Assembly (NCBI GenBank): GCA_964474135.1
Contig: CAYYRV010000002.1
Coordinates: 74,473-138,472, forward strand
Source: an uncultured Defluviitaleaceae bacterium
Lineage (GTDB): Bacteria > Bacillota > Clostridia > Lachnospirales > CAYYRV01
Length of the DNA stretch: 64,000 bases
Direction: 5' to 3'
Positions 1 to 8,509 of this stretch are shown here, one piece after another. A model generated the notes under the pieces. The model saw only the letters and a program-made list of their open reading frames with translations, was not told the DNA's origin and ran no database searches. The number at the start of each line of letters is the position of its first letter. Position 1 is the first letter of the stretch. The translations under genes and the position numbers were made by a program.

Positions 1-833
1 TTGAACCTATTAAAAGCTTTTTGAGGGTAGTTCAAAAAACATCTGAGGGGCATCTAAATGTAAGGGTTGATGTAAAGGGGCATGATGAATTTACACAGCT
101 TGCAATAGCTTTTAATAATATGGCTGGTAAAATTGAGCAGGCAGAGAAAACAAGAGAAGAGTTTGTTTCAAATGTATCACATGAGTTAAAAACGCCATTA
201 AGTTCTATTAAAGTTTTAACAGAGGCTATACTTTTACAGGAGAATGTTCCAGAAGAGATGTATACAGAATTTTTGCAAGACATAAATTCTGAGATAGACA
301 GAATGACAAATATTATTAATGATTTGCTTAATTTGGTAAAGCTTGACCAGAGAGAAATACCTTTAAATATAAAACAAACAGATATAAATAAAATGATTGA
401 TGATATTTTGAAAAGGCTATTGCCTTTAGCAGGTCAAAAGGATATTAAGCTTACATACGAAGCACTAAAGAAAGTTGTTATTCAGGCTGACGAAATGAAG
501 CTTAGTCTTGCTATTTCAAATTTGGTGGAGAATGGTATAAAATACACTCCATCAGGAGGTAAAGTAAAAGTAATTGTTGATTCAGACCATCAAAATTGTT
601 TTATAACTGTACAAGATACAGGTATTGGCATGAAGGAAGAAGAGCAGACAAAAATATTTACTCGCTTTTACAGAATAGATAAAACTCGTGACAGGGAAAC
701 AGGAGGAACGGGTTTAGGGCTTTCTATTACTCATTCAACAATACTTTTGCATAACGGCAGTATAAAAGTAACAAGCAAGGAAAATGAGGGAACAACATTT
801 GTTGTGCGTTTACCAATACAATATACGGTTTAA
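1..833 (+). CDS. Sensor histidine kinase, C-terminal part (HAMP/HisKA/HATPase_c); 5' end lies outside the window
   Basis: Reading frame is open to the left edge. H-box FVSNVSHELKTPL, N-box LVENGIKYTP, G-boxes DTGIGM and GGTGLGLSI. Confidence 0.85.
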   Translation, partial: EPIKSFLRVVQKTSEGHLNVRVDVKGHDEFTQLAIAFNNMAGKIEQAEKTREEFVSNVSHELKTPLSSIKVLTEAILLQENVPEEMYTEFLQDINSEIDRMTNIINDLLNLVKLDQREIPLNIKQTDINKMIDDILKRLLPLAGQKDIKLTYEALKKVVIQADEMKLSLAISNLVENGIKYTPSGGKVKVIVDSDHQNCFITVQDTGIGMKEEEQTKIFTRFYRIDKTRDRETGGTGLGLSITHSTILLHNGSIKVTSKENEGTTFVVRLPIQYTV

Positions 834-895
834 TAATTAAAAGATTAGATGAAAATAACTTCATCAAACCTGCTTTTAAAATAAAGGTTGATTTT

Positions 896-1873
896 ATGTT
901 AATTAATAGAAGTATAAAAGTAATGTCAATAATAATTCTAATAATTCTACTTATTTATATATGTTTTATAATTATATTTAATTTTAATAACAATGAACAT
1001 AATAAAGCGAGAGTAGAAATTTATTTTTTAAATCCATTAGTAAATACATTAGAAGCTGAAAGTAAATATATTGATAAAAGTGAAAATGAAATAATGACTC
1101 AAGAAGTTTTAAAAATGTTGTATGAGGGTCCTAAAAATGGTAGCTTGAGCAAGACCTTTCCGGATTATGTAAAGTTTTTGGATGGCAGACTTGTTATTGG
1201 TACGTCACCCAATGATGTTACGTTGGAGGTTGAATTTTCTTCTGAATATAAAGATATGTCAAAAACAGAAGAACTGTTTTTCAGAGGTTCTTTAGTTTGG
1301 ACTATGACAAGTTTAGATTTTATTAAAGATGTTCATATTTTTGTTGAAGGAGATGAACTTTTAAAAGCTAATGGGCAACCTATGGGGCTTTTAAATAGAA
1401 AAAACGTTTTGCTTAATCCTGTTATTTCCCCAAGCAAATTGGATTCACAAAAAGTAAAGCTGTATTTTATTAGCTCCAGTAAGCAAAAGCTTGTTCCTGA
1501 AGAGCAGACAATTCAGTATAATCCAGATAGACCTATAGAAAACTATATTGTTGAAATGCTTATAGCAGGGCCAAGAAATTCTAATTTAACGCCCACTGTT
1601 CCTTCAGAAACTAGGCTTAGGGGAGATGTAAAAACAGATGAAGGCATATGCTATGTTAATCTCAGTAACGATTTTGTTTTAAAAAATACTGCTTCTGATG
1701 AAACACTAAAGCTTAGTATATATTCTGTTGTAAACTCGTTAACAGAACTTTCAAACATTAAAAAAGTACAGTTTTTAATTGAGGCTGAAAAGATAGAAAA
1801 TTTTAAAGGAATAATGGATCTAAGCAAGCCTATTGAAAGAAATGAAGAATTTATTATTAATGATGATTTATAG
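896..1873 (+). CDS. GerMN-domain protein (GerM-like sporulation/germination protein) with N-terminal membrane anchor
   Basis: Hydrophobic N-terminus, then two repeated GerMN-like halves (LYEGPKNGSL.. and LIAGPRNSNL..). Sits directly after a kinase gene. Confidence 0.65.
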   Translation: MLINRSIKVMSIIILIILLIYICFIIIFNFNNNEHNKARVEIYFLNPLVNTLEAESKYIDKSENEIMTQEVLKMLYEGPKNGSLSKTFPDYVKFLDGRLVIGTSPNDVTLEVEFSSEYKDMSKTEELFFRGSLVWTMTSLDFIKDVHIFVEGDELLKANGQPMGLLNRKNVLLNPVISPSKLDSQKVKLYFISSSKQKLVPEEQTIQYNPDRPIENYIVEMLIAGPRNSNLTPTVPSETRLRGDVKTDEGICYVNLSNDFVLKNTASDETLKLSIYSVVNSLTELSNIKKVQFLIEAEKIENFKGIMDLSKPIERNEEFIINDDL

Positions 1874-1907
1874 TTAGATTATGCCAAAGTCCCAAAGTAT
1901 TAAAGAA

Positions 1908-1981
1908 TATAGCATTAGTTCGATTGAATGGACGTCCATACAATATGGTTAAATTGCGAGGCAACTAGCAATTTTCATGTT
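1908..1981 (+). promoter_or_regulatory. Copy C of a conserved 5'-leader element (unclassified), upstream of ppiB
   Basis: TAGCATTAGTTCG (1910-1922), TTGCGAGGCAA hairpin core (1954-1964), ATTTTCATGTT (1971-1981). Ends 27 nt before the ppiB ATG. Shares all three boxes with copies at 14139, 6277 and 57764. Confidence 0.4.
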
Positions 1982-2008
1982 AATATAATTATCTAAGGAG
2001 AGAAAAGA

Positions 2009-2509
2009 ATGTCAAATCCAGTAGCAACAATAGAAATGCAAACAGGAGAAATAATAAAAGTTGAACTTTATCCTGAAATTGCACCTGAAACAGTTAATAA
2101 CTTTATATCATTAATTGGTAAAAATTTTTATGATAATTTAATTTTTCATAGAGTTATAAATGGTTTTATGATTCAAGGAGGATGCCCAGAGGGTACTGGA
2201 ACAGGCGGTCCTGGATATTCGATAAAAGGAGAATTTAACAAAAATGGCTTTAAAAATGATTTAAAGCATACAAAAGGCGTTATTTCTATGGCAAGGTCAA
2301 GTAATCCAGATTCAGCAGGCTCACAGTTTTTTATTATGCATGAAAATTCACCACATTTAGATGGTCAATATGCAGCATTTGGAAAGGTTATTGAGGGTAT
2401 AGATGTTGTTGATAAAATTGCCGAAACAGAAGTGGATTATATGGATAAGCCTTTAGAGCCACAAGTAATTAAGACTATAACAGTAGAGATAGAGACTTTT
2501 GAGGAGTAA
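2009..2509 (+). CDS. ppiB: Peptidyl-prolyl cis-trans isomerase, cyclophilin type
   Basis: FHRVINGFMIQGG and SMARSSNPDSAGSQFFI cyclophilin signatures. AAGGAG SD upstream. Confidence 0.9.
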   Translation: MSNPVATIEMQTGEIIKVELYPEIAPETVNNFISLIGKNFYDNLIFHRVINGFMIQGGCPEGTGTGGPGYSIKGEFNKNGFKNDLKHTKGVISMARSSNPDSAGSQFFIMHENSPHLDGQYAAFGKVIEGIDVVDKIAETEVDYMDKPLEPQVIKTITVEIETFEE

Positions 2510-2577
2510 GCTTACCTTTTTTATAAATAAAAAGCAAATGCTTTCTTGTAATATATAAAGTTTATTTACCTGTAGTT

Positions 2578-2623
2578 AAAGTTTTGAAGAGGTTTGAGGA
2601 AACTTTTACAAAAGTTTCCTCAA
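2578..2623 (+). repeat. Family-1 stem-loop repeat, forward orientation
   Basis: AAAGTTTTGAAGAGGTTTGAGGAAACTTTT-AC-AAAAGTTTCCTCAA. Confidence 0.8.
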
Positions 2624-2633
2624 TGTTTTTTTT
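2594..2633 (+). terminator. Rho-independent terminator of ppiB, formed by the repeat hairpin
   Basis: 14-bp stem TTGAGGAAACTTTT/AAAAGTTTCCTCAA followed by TGTTTTTTTT. Confidence 0.7.
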
Positions 2634-2649
2634 AAGTAATAGACATATT

Positions 2650-4488
2650 TTAACGACATTCCCAAACGTGGAATACATTAGCAACACAGTCAGTTCCTAA
2701 GACATATGTATAGTTAATCTTTTTTGTTTCTCCTGCCGGAACTGTAACCTCAACGACATTCCACTTTTTTGATTCATTATTTATATATATAGTATCCTCT
2801 GTTTCACCTACACTTCTTTTATAATCACTTTCATAAATTTTATTGTTTATATTTTGTGTGTATATTTCATTTTCTGGGGTAATAATATTCACTGTAGATT
2901 GATAAGGGGCTACTAAGTAGTAAGTAAAGACTTTGTCCTCAAGAGTATCATTTTCCAAATAAGTGCTAATATGATAATCAATACCCCAGTTTCCTAAGTT
3001 TCCATAATTTCTTGTCCTGTTTCTTTTTTCTGAACCACTGTCCCCAACATACGGAATGTTAAGTATCCAAGTTGCTTTGTCTATTTCACTGTTTTCACCT
3101 CTAGGCTCAACTAAATGTACATCATATATTTCTCGTATATTATTTCGCTCGTTAATATTTTTATCAAGCCCACCTGTTTCAAAGCCAATACCTATGTTAT
3201 TTTCTTTAAATTCAGATGCTTTAATTTTACCTAAAGCGGATATATTATAACCATTACTATATCCTGAATATACTGTATAGTATTTTAAAGAGTTTCTGCT
3301 GTCAATTTCGGAAGCATAGCTTTCGGGTATATAATTATAGTCATATGCTTTATTAGGTGTTTCAATGCTTTTATAACGAATTGGCAAGTCAACTGTTGAG
3401 CCTGTATTTTCCATAATAAAAGCTGTTACTAATAAATCTTTGTCAGCAAAAAAATCAATTTGAGAAGAAATAAATTTTTCACTTTGCAAATTTTCTATTA
3501 CGATATCAAACTTTTCGTTAGGATTTATAATATATTTTTCAATTTTTTGATTTATAAGCTTATTATAAAAATCCTGATTGTTTTTAATAACAACTTGGTC
3601 TGTATAGGGTTCTTCATTTTGGGTTTTACTATCACCTACAATACTTAATTGAACTGGGTTGTCCTTTTTGTTTTCAAACCTAATTACATAATCTATATTT
3701 TTTTTGGAATAATTAAAATGAGAAACAAAAACACGCCCATAACCAACCACTTCTTTTTGATTAATAAATGTTTCTAAGAAGCTGTTATCAAATATTGCTT
3801 CGGGAAAGTTGCAGAATACTAATGTAGTATTATCTTCCATATCTAAATTATCAAATGGTCTTATTAGAAATTTATCGCTTTTAGTTATAATTCTTTCATT
3901 TTTCCAAGTAACGCTTTTACTTGACTCATTTATTGAAATTATAGGAAGATATTTTTTATTAAGATTATAATTATACTGTATGTCTTTATCAAAAACCAAA
4001 ATATCTGATATGTAGTCTATTTTTAACCCCATATTTTCTGTAACAAAACGGGTAGGTACATATGTTCTTGAATTAATTATTTTTGCCGCAACGCCCAGTT
4101 TTATAGGGCTTCCATTTACATATGCTATATTGCTATCAATTGTTAACAGTATTTCATCTCCAGAATTTTTTATTGTTACTTCTCTTTTAAGAGCATCATA
4201 ATCTGCTTTTGCACCTAGCTTTTCTGAAACAACTCCAATAGGAATTAAAGAGTATTCATTATCTATAATAGGATAGATGTCTTTTATTATTTCTCCGTTT
4301 ACCTCAAGTAAAGCATCAATGTCGGAAACATTAAGCCAAGGCTCATTATTCCCTAATGAAATAAAATAATTATTATTTTCAGTTTTTTCTGTTACAAATA
4401 GTGTTTTTCCATAGGCTTCAAAATTAATACAAATGCTAAATAAAATTGAAAACAATATAATAATATTGTACTTTAAGTAATTTTTCAT
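2650..4488 (-). CDS. Secreted protein with a copper-amine-oxidase-N-terminal-like (stalk) domain and a large uncharacterised C-terminal region
   Basis: Signal-peptide-like N-terminus. The segment LIPIGVVSEKLGAKADYD...RTYVPTRFVTENMGLKIDY resembles the CAO N-terminal-like domain. The rest is not recognisable. Confidence 0.5.
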   Translation of the reverse strand: MKNYLKYNIIILFSILFSICINFEAYGKTLFVTEKTENNNYFISLGNNEPWLNVSDIDALLEVNGEIIKDIYPIIDNEYSLIPIGVVSEKLGAKADYDALKREVTIKNSGDEILLTIDSNIAYVNGSPIKLGVAAKIINSRTYVPTRFVTENMGLKIDYISDILVFDKDIQYNYNLNKKYLPIISINESSKSVTWKNERIITKSDKFLIRPFDNLDMEDNTTLVFCNFPEAIFDNSFLETFINQKEVVGYGRVFVSHFNYSKKNIDYVIRFENKKDNPVQLSIVGDSKTQNEEPYTDQVVIKNNQDFYNKLINQKIEKYIINPNEKFDIVIENLQSEKFISSQIDFFADKDLLVTAFIMENTGSTVDLPIRYKSIETPNKAYDYNYIPESYASEIDSRNSLKYYTVYSGYSNGYNISALGKIKASEFKENNIGIGFETGGLDKNINERNNIREIYDVHLVEPRGENSEIDKATWILNIPYVGDSGSEKRNRTRNYGNLGNWGIDYHISTYLENDTLEDKVFTYYLVAPYQSTVNIITPENEIYTQNINNKIYESDYKRSVGETEDTIYINNESKKWNVVEVTVPAGETKKINYTYVLGTDCVANVFHVWECR

Positions 4489-4523
4489 ATAATCCCCCTA
4501 AGTTTTTGATATTAGAAAGTGCT

Positions 4524-5459
4524 TTATTTTTGTGTTATAGTTACTAAGTTGTCATTTTCCAAGGTTACATCAAAATAAAGGAAAATTGAAAATGCTGTAT
4601 AAGGTAAATAGAACTTTTCATCTTTAATTTCAGGAGTAACAGTTTTTCCATCAGAGGATAATGGTGTTTCTATTCCGTTAATTATTGCTTCGCCTGAGTT
4701 AGCTGAAAAGCTGCATATTATATAAGGTAGTGTAACTGTACAAATTTTGTTAGGTTCGTCCCATATAATATTTGCATTTCTAAATCCACATAATGAGAGA
4801 GTTTGTTCTAGTGGTAGCATTAACATATTATTATTTTTAGAATAATAAGCCTGATTAAGTACATTAATTGGAAAGCCGTTAAGGTATGCTTGGGATTTTT
4901 CGGCTTCGTATTTTAGTTCATAAGAAAAAGGGTTATAAAGTAATTCCTTAACATAGCCATATTCTTTTGTAGTTGTAGCATTTTTGATATAATCAATTGT
5001 ATTAGAGTCCTCATTAACAAATGTAGCAACAAAAAGGGTTAGTTCCTTTTTATCTATTGGAGTGGGAACTTTTATTTGTATATTATTAATTTCAATAGTT
5101 GCAGGCATATCTGTGGAAGCTTCTTCAACCTCAAATGAAATAAAACCGTTATTGTCTAATTTTTTTAGTTTTAAGTTACTTTCTGTTACCTCAAAGTCAC
5201 ACCATCTAAATTCATAAGAATCATAAGGGATAATGCGAAGGGTTATAATATCACCCTTTTTTAAGGCATTGATGAAAGTTTCTTTAATATAAATTGGTTT
5301 TGCATTAAGACCATAGCAATATACCCCATGATATCCCAATTCAAATTGAAAATTATTTGTTTCCATATAAATAGGTAAGTTGGTACTTTCTTCTGCATTG
5401 ACAATGATAGACAAGTTAATTATTACAGCAATTACAAAAAATAAATATTTTTTTAACAT
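4524..5459 (-). CDS. Secreted protein of unknown function with a C-terminal stalk-like domain
   Basis: Signal peptide MLKKYLFFVIAVIINLSIIVNA. GGAG SD. 35 nt upstream of, and co-oriented with, the 612-aa protein. Confidence 0.45.
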   Translation of the reverse strand: MLKKYLFFVIAVIINLSIIVNAEESTNLPIYMETNNFQFELGYHGVYCYGLNAKPIYIKETFINALKKGDIITLRIIPYDSYEFRWCDFEVTESNLKLKKLDNNGFISFEVEEASTDMPATIEINNIQIKVPTPIDKKELTLFVATFVNEDSNTIDYIKNATTTKEYGYVKELLYNPFSYELKYEAEKSQAYLNGFPINVLNQAYYSKNNNMLMLPLEQTLSLCGFRNANIIWDEPNKICTVTLPYIICSFSANSGEAIINGIETPLSSDGKTVTPEIKDEKFYLPYTAFSIFLYFDVTLENDNLVTITQK

Positions 5460-5487
5460 AAAAATTCTCCTTTTTTAATTAGATTAC

Positions 5488-5534
5488 GTAGATTTTTAAT
5501 AATTTTACTAGTGGTTAGATTATTAAAAATCTAC
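5488..5534 (-). other. 15-bp perfect hairpin downstream of mgtC (possible terminator or processing site; no adjacent T-run)
   Basis: GTAGATTTTTAATAA ...17 nt... TTATTAAAAATCTAC. Confidence 0.35.
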
Positions 5535-5559
5535 TTATAAGTTTTATGTTATAATTATT

Positions 5560-6267
5560 TTAAACCCTTTCAACATTAATTACACCGTTAATAGCATTTA
5601 TTGAGTTTATTATTTCGTAATAATTAATACTTTGTTGTAGCTTTACCACAATTCTTATTGTAATAACGTCAGAATCAGTTATTTCATCATCTCCTGTACT
5701 GTCACTATTGTTACTGAAAAACTCCATATCTAAAATTTTGCAATTTGCTTTAGCAAGTGCTAAATTAATTGCTCCTAATGCTTTTGGTTTATTTGCTAAG
5801 TCTATCATTAGTTCTAATATATTTCCTGTTATTGCAAATTTTTTAGAAATTCTATTAAAAATAAATAATGTTAAGTATAGAACAATTGCAACAGTAATTG
5901 CCAATGAATAAAATCCAGCTCCAATAACAAGCCCTATTGCAGCAACAGCCCAAAGACTTGCAGCTGTTGTCAGCCCTCGGACATTTGAGCCTGAGTGTAT
6001 AATTGTTCCAGCACCCAAAAAACCTACACCGCTTATTACTTGTGCCCCAAGCCTTGCTGGGTCAGAAAGTATATTATAGTTCTGATAATAGTGTTCAAAC
6101 ATTAATGCAGAAAGAACCATAATAGTAGAAGCACCAAGACAAACTAAAATATGCGTCCTAAACCCAGCAGGTCTGTGTTTAGTTTGCCTTTCCATTCCAA
6201 TAAGCCCACCTATTAATACCGCAAGCAGAGTCCTAAATAAAATAATCCAATAACTCAACATATTCAC
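5560..6267 (-). CDS. mgtC: MgtC/SapB family membrane protein
   Basis: GMERQTKHRPAGFRTH motif, about five TM helices and a C-terminal ACT-like region. GTG start with GGGG SD. Confidence 0.8.
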   Translation of the reverse strand: MNMLSYWIILFRTLLAVLIGGLIGMERQTKHRPAGFRTHILVCLGASTIMVLSALMFEHYYQNYNILSDPARLGAQVISGVGFLGAGTIIHSGSNVRGLTTAASLWAVAAIGLVIGAGFYSLAITVAIVLYLTLFIFNRISKKFAITGNILELMIDLANKPKALGAINLALAKANCKILDMEFFSNNSDSTGDDEITDSDVITIRIVVKLQQSINYYEIINSINAINGVINVERV

Positions 6268-6276
6268 CCCTGTTCA

Positions 6277-6346
6277 AACATGAAAAATCTTGCGATTTTC
6301 GGATTGTTTCACAAGCCGGTTCGGGATTTACCAAACTCATGTTATA
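6277..6346 (-). promoter_or_regulatory. Copy B of the conserved 5'-leader element (unclassified), ending 9 nt before the mgtC start
   Basis: Gene-sense TAACATGAGTTTGG...CGGCTTGTGAAACAATCCG...GATTTTTCATGTT. Its 7-nt ends AACATGA/TCATGTT are perfectly complementary. 48 of 68 aligned columns are identical to copy D. Confidence 0.5.
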
Positions 6347-6624
6347 TTAATAACTTATACTCAATAAGCTGTCAATCACAATTAAAAGTGACTATTCCCA
6401 CATTATTTCTTGTGGCGGTTTGACTTGATTTCTCTATTATGCCTTATCCGCTACGCCGAAAGTTACTAAAAATATCAATTTAAAATGCAAGCAACCTATT
6501 ATTGAGGTTAGGTTCTAATTAATTCAAGCAAAAATTGCTAAAATGTTTTTTAATAGTGTATAGAAAAAAAAACATATTGTAAAGACTTTTGTTAATTTAA
6601 TTATATTTGCTTTGTATAACTCTA

Positions 6625-6653
6625 TTGAAATACAAGAGTTCGTGTGCTAAAAT
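6625..6653 (+). promoter_or_regulatory. Sigma-A type promoter for tsaE-tsaB-rimI
   Basis: TTGAAA, 17 nt, TGc-TAAAAT (extended -10), about 60 nt upstream of the tsaE ATG. Confidence 0.5.
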
Positions 6654-6713
6654 CGTATTTTAATGTGAATTAATACTATTCTATAAGGTATTTGTAATAA
6701 TAGTGAGGTAAAA

Positions 6714-7160
6714 ATGATATACGAAAGCTATTCAAATGAAGATACAAAAAAAATTGCACATGAAGTATCTCAGAAATCGTGCCGTGGAGATGTTTATTGT
6801 ATTAGCGGTGATTTAGGTACAGGAAAAACAATATTTACTAAGGGTTTTGCGGAAGGGTTAGGTATACAATCGCAAATAACAAGCCCGACTTTTACAATTA
6901 TAAATGAGTACAATGAGGGTAGGATTCCTTTATATCACTTTGATGTATATAGAGTAGGCGGGGCAGAAGGTATGGAGGATACAGGCTGGGAGGACTACTT
7001 TTACGGAAATGGTGTTACAATTGTTGAATGGGGTGAACTTATAGAGGAATTACTTCCAGCACAGTACTTTAAAATATTAATCGAGAAGGACTTAAATAAA
7101 GGAGATAATTATAGAAAAATAAGTATTTTTAAGGATAATCAAATTTATCCTAAACATTAA
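6714..7160 (+). CDS. tsaE: tRNA t6A37 biosynthesis ATPase TsaE
   Basis: P-loop GDLGTGKT and conserved SPTFT. Synteny with tsaB-rimI. Confidence 0.9.
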   Translation: MIYESYSNEDTKKIAHEVSQKSCRGDVYCISGDLGTGKTIFTKGFAEGLGIQSQITSPTFTIINEYNEGRIPLYHFDVYRVGGAEGMEDTGWEDYFYGNGVTIVEWGELIEELLPAQYFKILIEKDLNKGDNYRKISIFKDNQIYPKH

Positions 7161-7169
7161 GGAGGATAA

Positions 7170-7856
7170 ATGAACATTTTAGCACTGGATACGACAGCAA
7201 CAACTGCAACTGTTGCAATCGTAAATGAAAAAAAAGTAGTATGCGAGATATGCACAAACCATTTACAAAATCACTCTGTTTCAATAATGCCTATGATTGA
7301 CTATGCTTTAAAAATAGTTGAAATGCAGCTTGAAAATATTGATTATATTGCTTGCTCGTCAGGGCCAGGTTCTTTTACGGGTTTGAGGATAGGAGCGGCT
7401 ACAGCAAAAGCACTTTCTCATGGAACAGGAAAAAAAATTATACCAGTTCCTACTCTTGACGCATTGGCATATAATATATACGATACGGATAAAGTTATTG
7501 TTCCTATTATGGATGCAAGAAGAAATCAGGTTTATACTGCATTTTTTACATGGGATAATGATAATATAAATAAAATTAGTGATTATATGGCGGAAGATAT
7601 TTTATTAGTAATGGAAATGCTTGGAACATTGGGTAAAAAAGCAATTTTTGCTGGTGATGGAGTATTGGCTTTTAGTGATATAATAAAAGAAAAAGGCTTC
7701 TTGACAGCACCTTTAAATATGCAGACACAAAGAGCAGCATCTGTAGCTGCACTTGCTATTCAAATGGTAGGAAAGGGTATTTCTGTAGATTATGATGAAT
7801 TTTTACCGATTTATTTAAGAAAACCTCAAGCAGAACGTGAATTAGAACAAAGATAG
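7170..7856 (+). CDS. tsaB: tRNA t6A37 biosynthesis protein TsaB
   Basis: ILALDTT..., GPGSFTGLRIG motif. Confidence 0.9.
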   Translation: MNILALDTTATTATVAIVNEKKVVCEICTNHLQNHSVSIMPMIDYALKIVEMQLENIDYIACSSGPGSFTGLRIGAATAKALSHGTGKKIIPVPTLDALAYNIYDTDKVIVPIMDARRNQVYTAFFTWDNDNINKISDYMAEDILLVMEMLGTLGKKAIFAGDGVLAFSDIIKEKGFLTAPLNMQTQRAASVAALAIQMVGKGISVDYDEFLPIYLRKPQAERELEQR

Positions 7857-7904
7857 GCTTCTTTTGAAGGCTAATTGGGAATTTATATTAAGGGGAAATT
7901 CAAA

Positions 7905-8357
7905 ATGATTCGTATTGAGCCTATGGAGATAAAACATATTAATGAAGTATATGAAATAGAAAAAAACAGTTTTTCAATTCCGTGGACGAAACAATCTTTG
8001 ACTCAAGAACTTCTTGAAAATAAAATAGCTATATATATTATGGCTGTAGAAGATAATAATATTTTGGGATATGCAGGCATGTGGCATGTTGTAACAGAGG
8101 GGCATATAACAAATATAGCCGTAAAAGAGGAATGCAGAAAACGTGGGGTAGGAAGTGCATTACTGAAAGGGCTTATTAATATTGCCGAACAAAAGGGAAT
8201 GATAGGGCTGACTTTGGAGGTCAGAGTGGGAAATGCTGCGGCAATGAAGCTTTATTCCAACTATGGCTTTAAAGTTGAGGGATATAGGAAGGAATATTAT
8301 TCTGATACAAAAGAAGATGCTGTTGTTATGTGGAAATATTTGAATATAGAATATTAA
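7905..8357 (+). CDS. rimI: Ribosomal-protein-alanine N-acetyltransferase (GNAT)
   Basis: GNAT motif RKRGVGSALL. Start moved from TTG 7875 to ATG 7905, which has an AAGGGGA SD. Confidence 0.85.
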   Translation: MIRIEPMEIKHINEVYEIEKNSFSIPWTKQSLTQELLENKIAIYIMAVEDNNILGYAGMWHVVTEGHITNIAVKEECRKRGVGSALLKGLINIAEQKGMIGLTLEVRVGNAAAMKLYSNYGFKVEGYRKEYYSDTKEDAVVMWKYLNIEY

Positions 8358-8480
8358 AAGAGTTTCCCAAACCCTTCAAAAACTTTAACTAAAATGCCGT
8401 TATGAGGCATTTCGACAAAGATTCTTTTTTTTATTCATTTAAGAAAGAATTGGGGGACTGGGGCTGAAAGCCCCAAAAGT
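8358..8480 (-). repeat. Mosaic repeat block: truncated family-1 unit (8362-8386) plus three hairpin modules (8392-8412, 8421-8450, 8460-8474)
   Basis: GTTTCCCAAACCCTTCAAAAACTTT, AAATGCC/GGCATTT, ATTCTTT/AAAGAAT and GGGGCT/AGCCCC. The reverse complement of 8416-8478 matches 59953-60015 at 51/63 positions. Confidence 0.75.
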
Positions 8481-8509
8481 TCACTTTTAAACAGTCTAAA
8501 ATTATTAAT

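Noticed and set aside
6347-6713. Possible M-box (ykoK) Mg2+ riboswitch in the ~440-nt region upstream of mgtC
   Set aside because: None of the conserved M-box blocks I remember (GUUAGGUGAGGCU, AAUGGGUCAACAG, CUAAAGCUCUACG) is present on the gene-sense strand. Part of the region is the divergent tsaE promoter. A cmscan should still be run.
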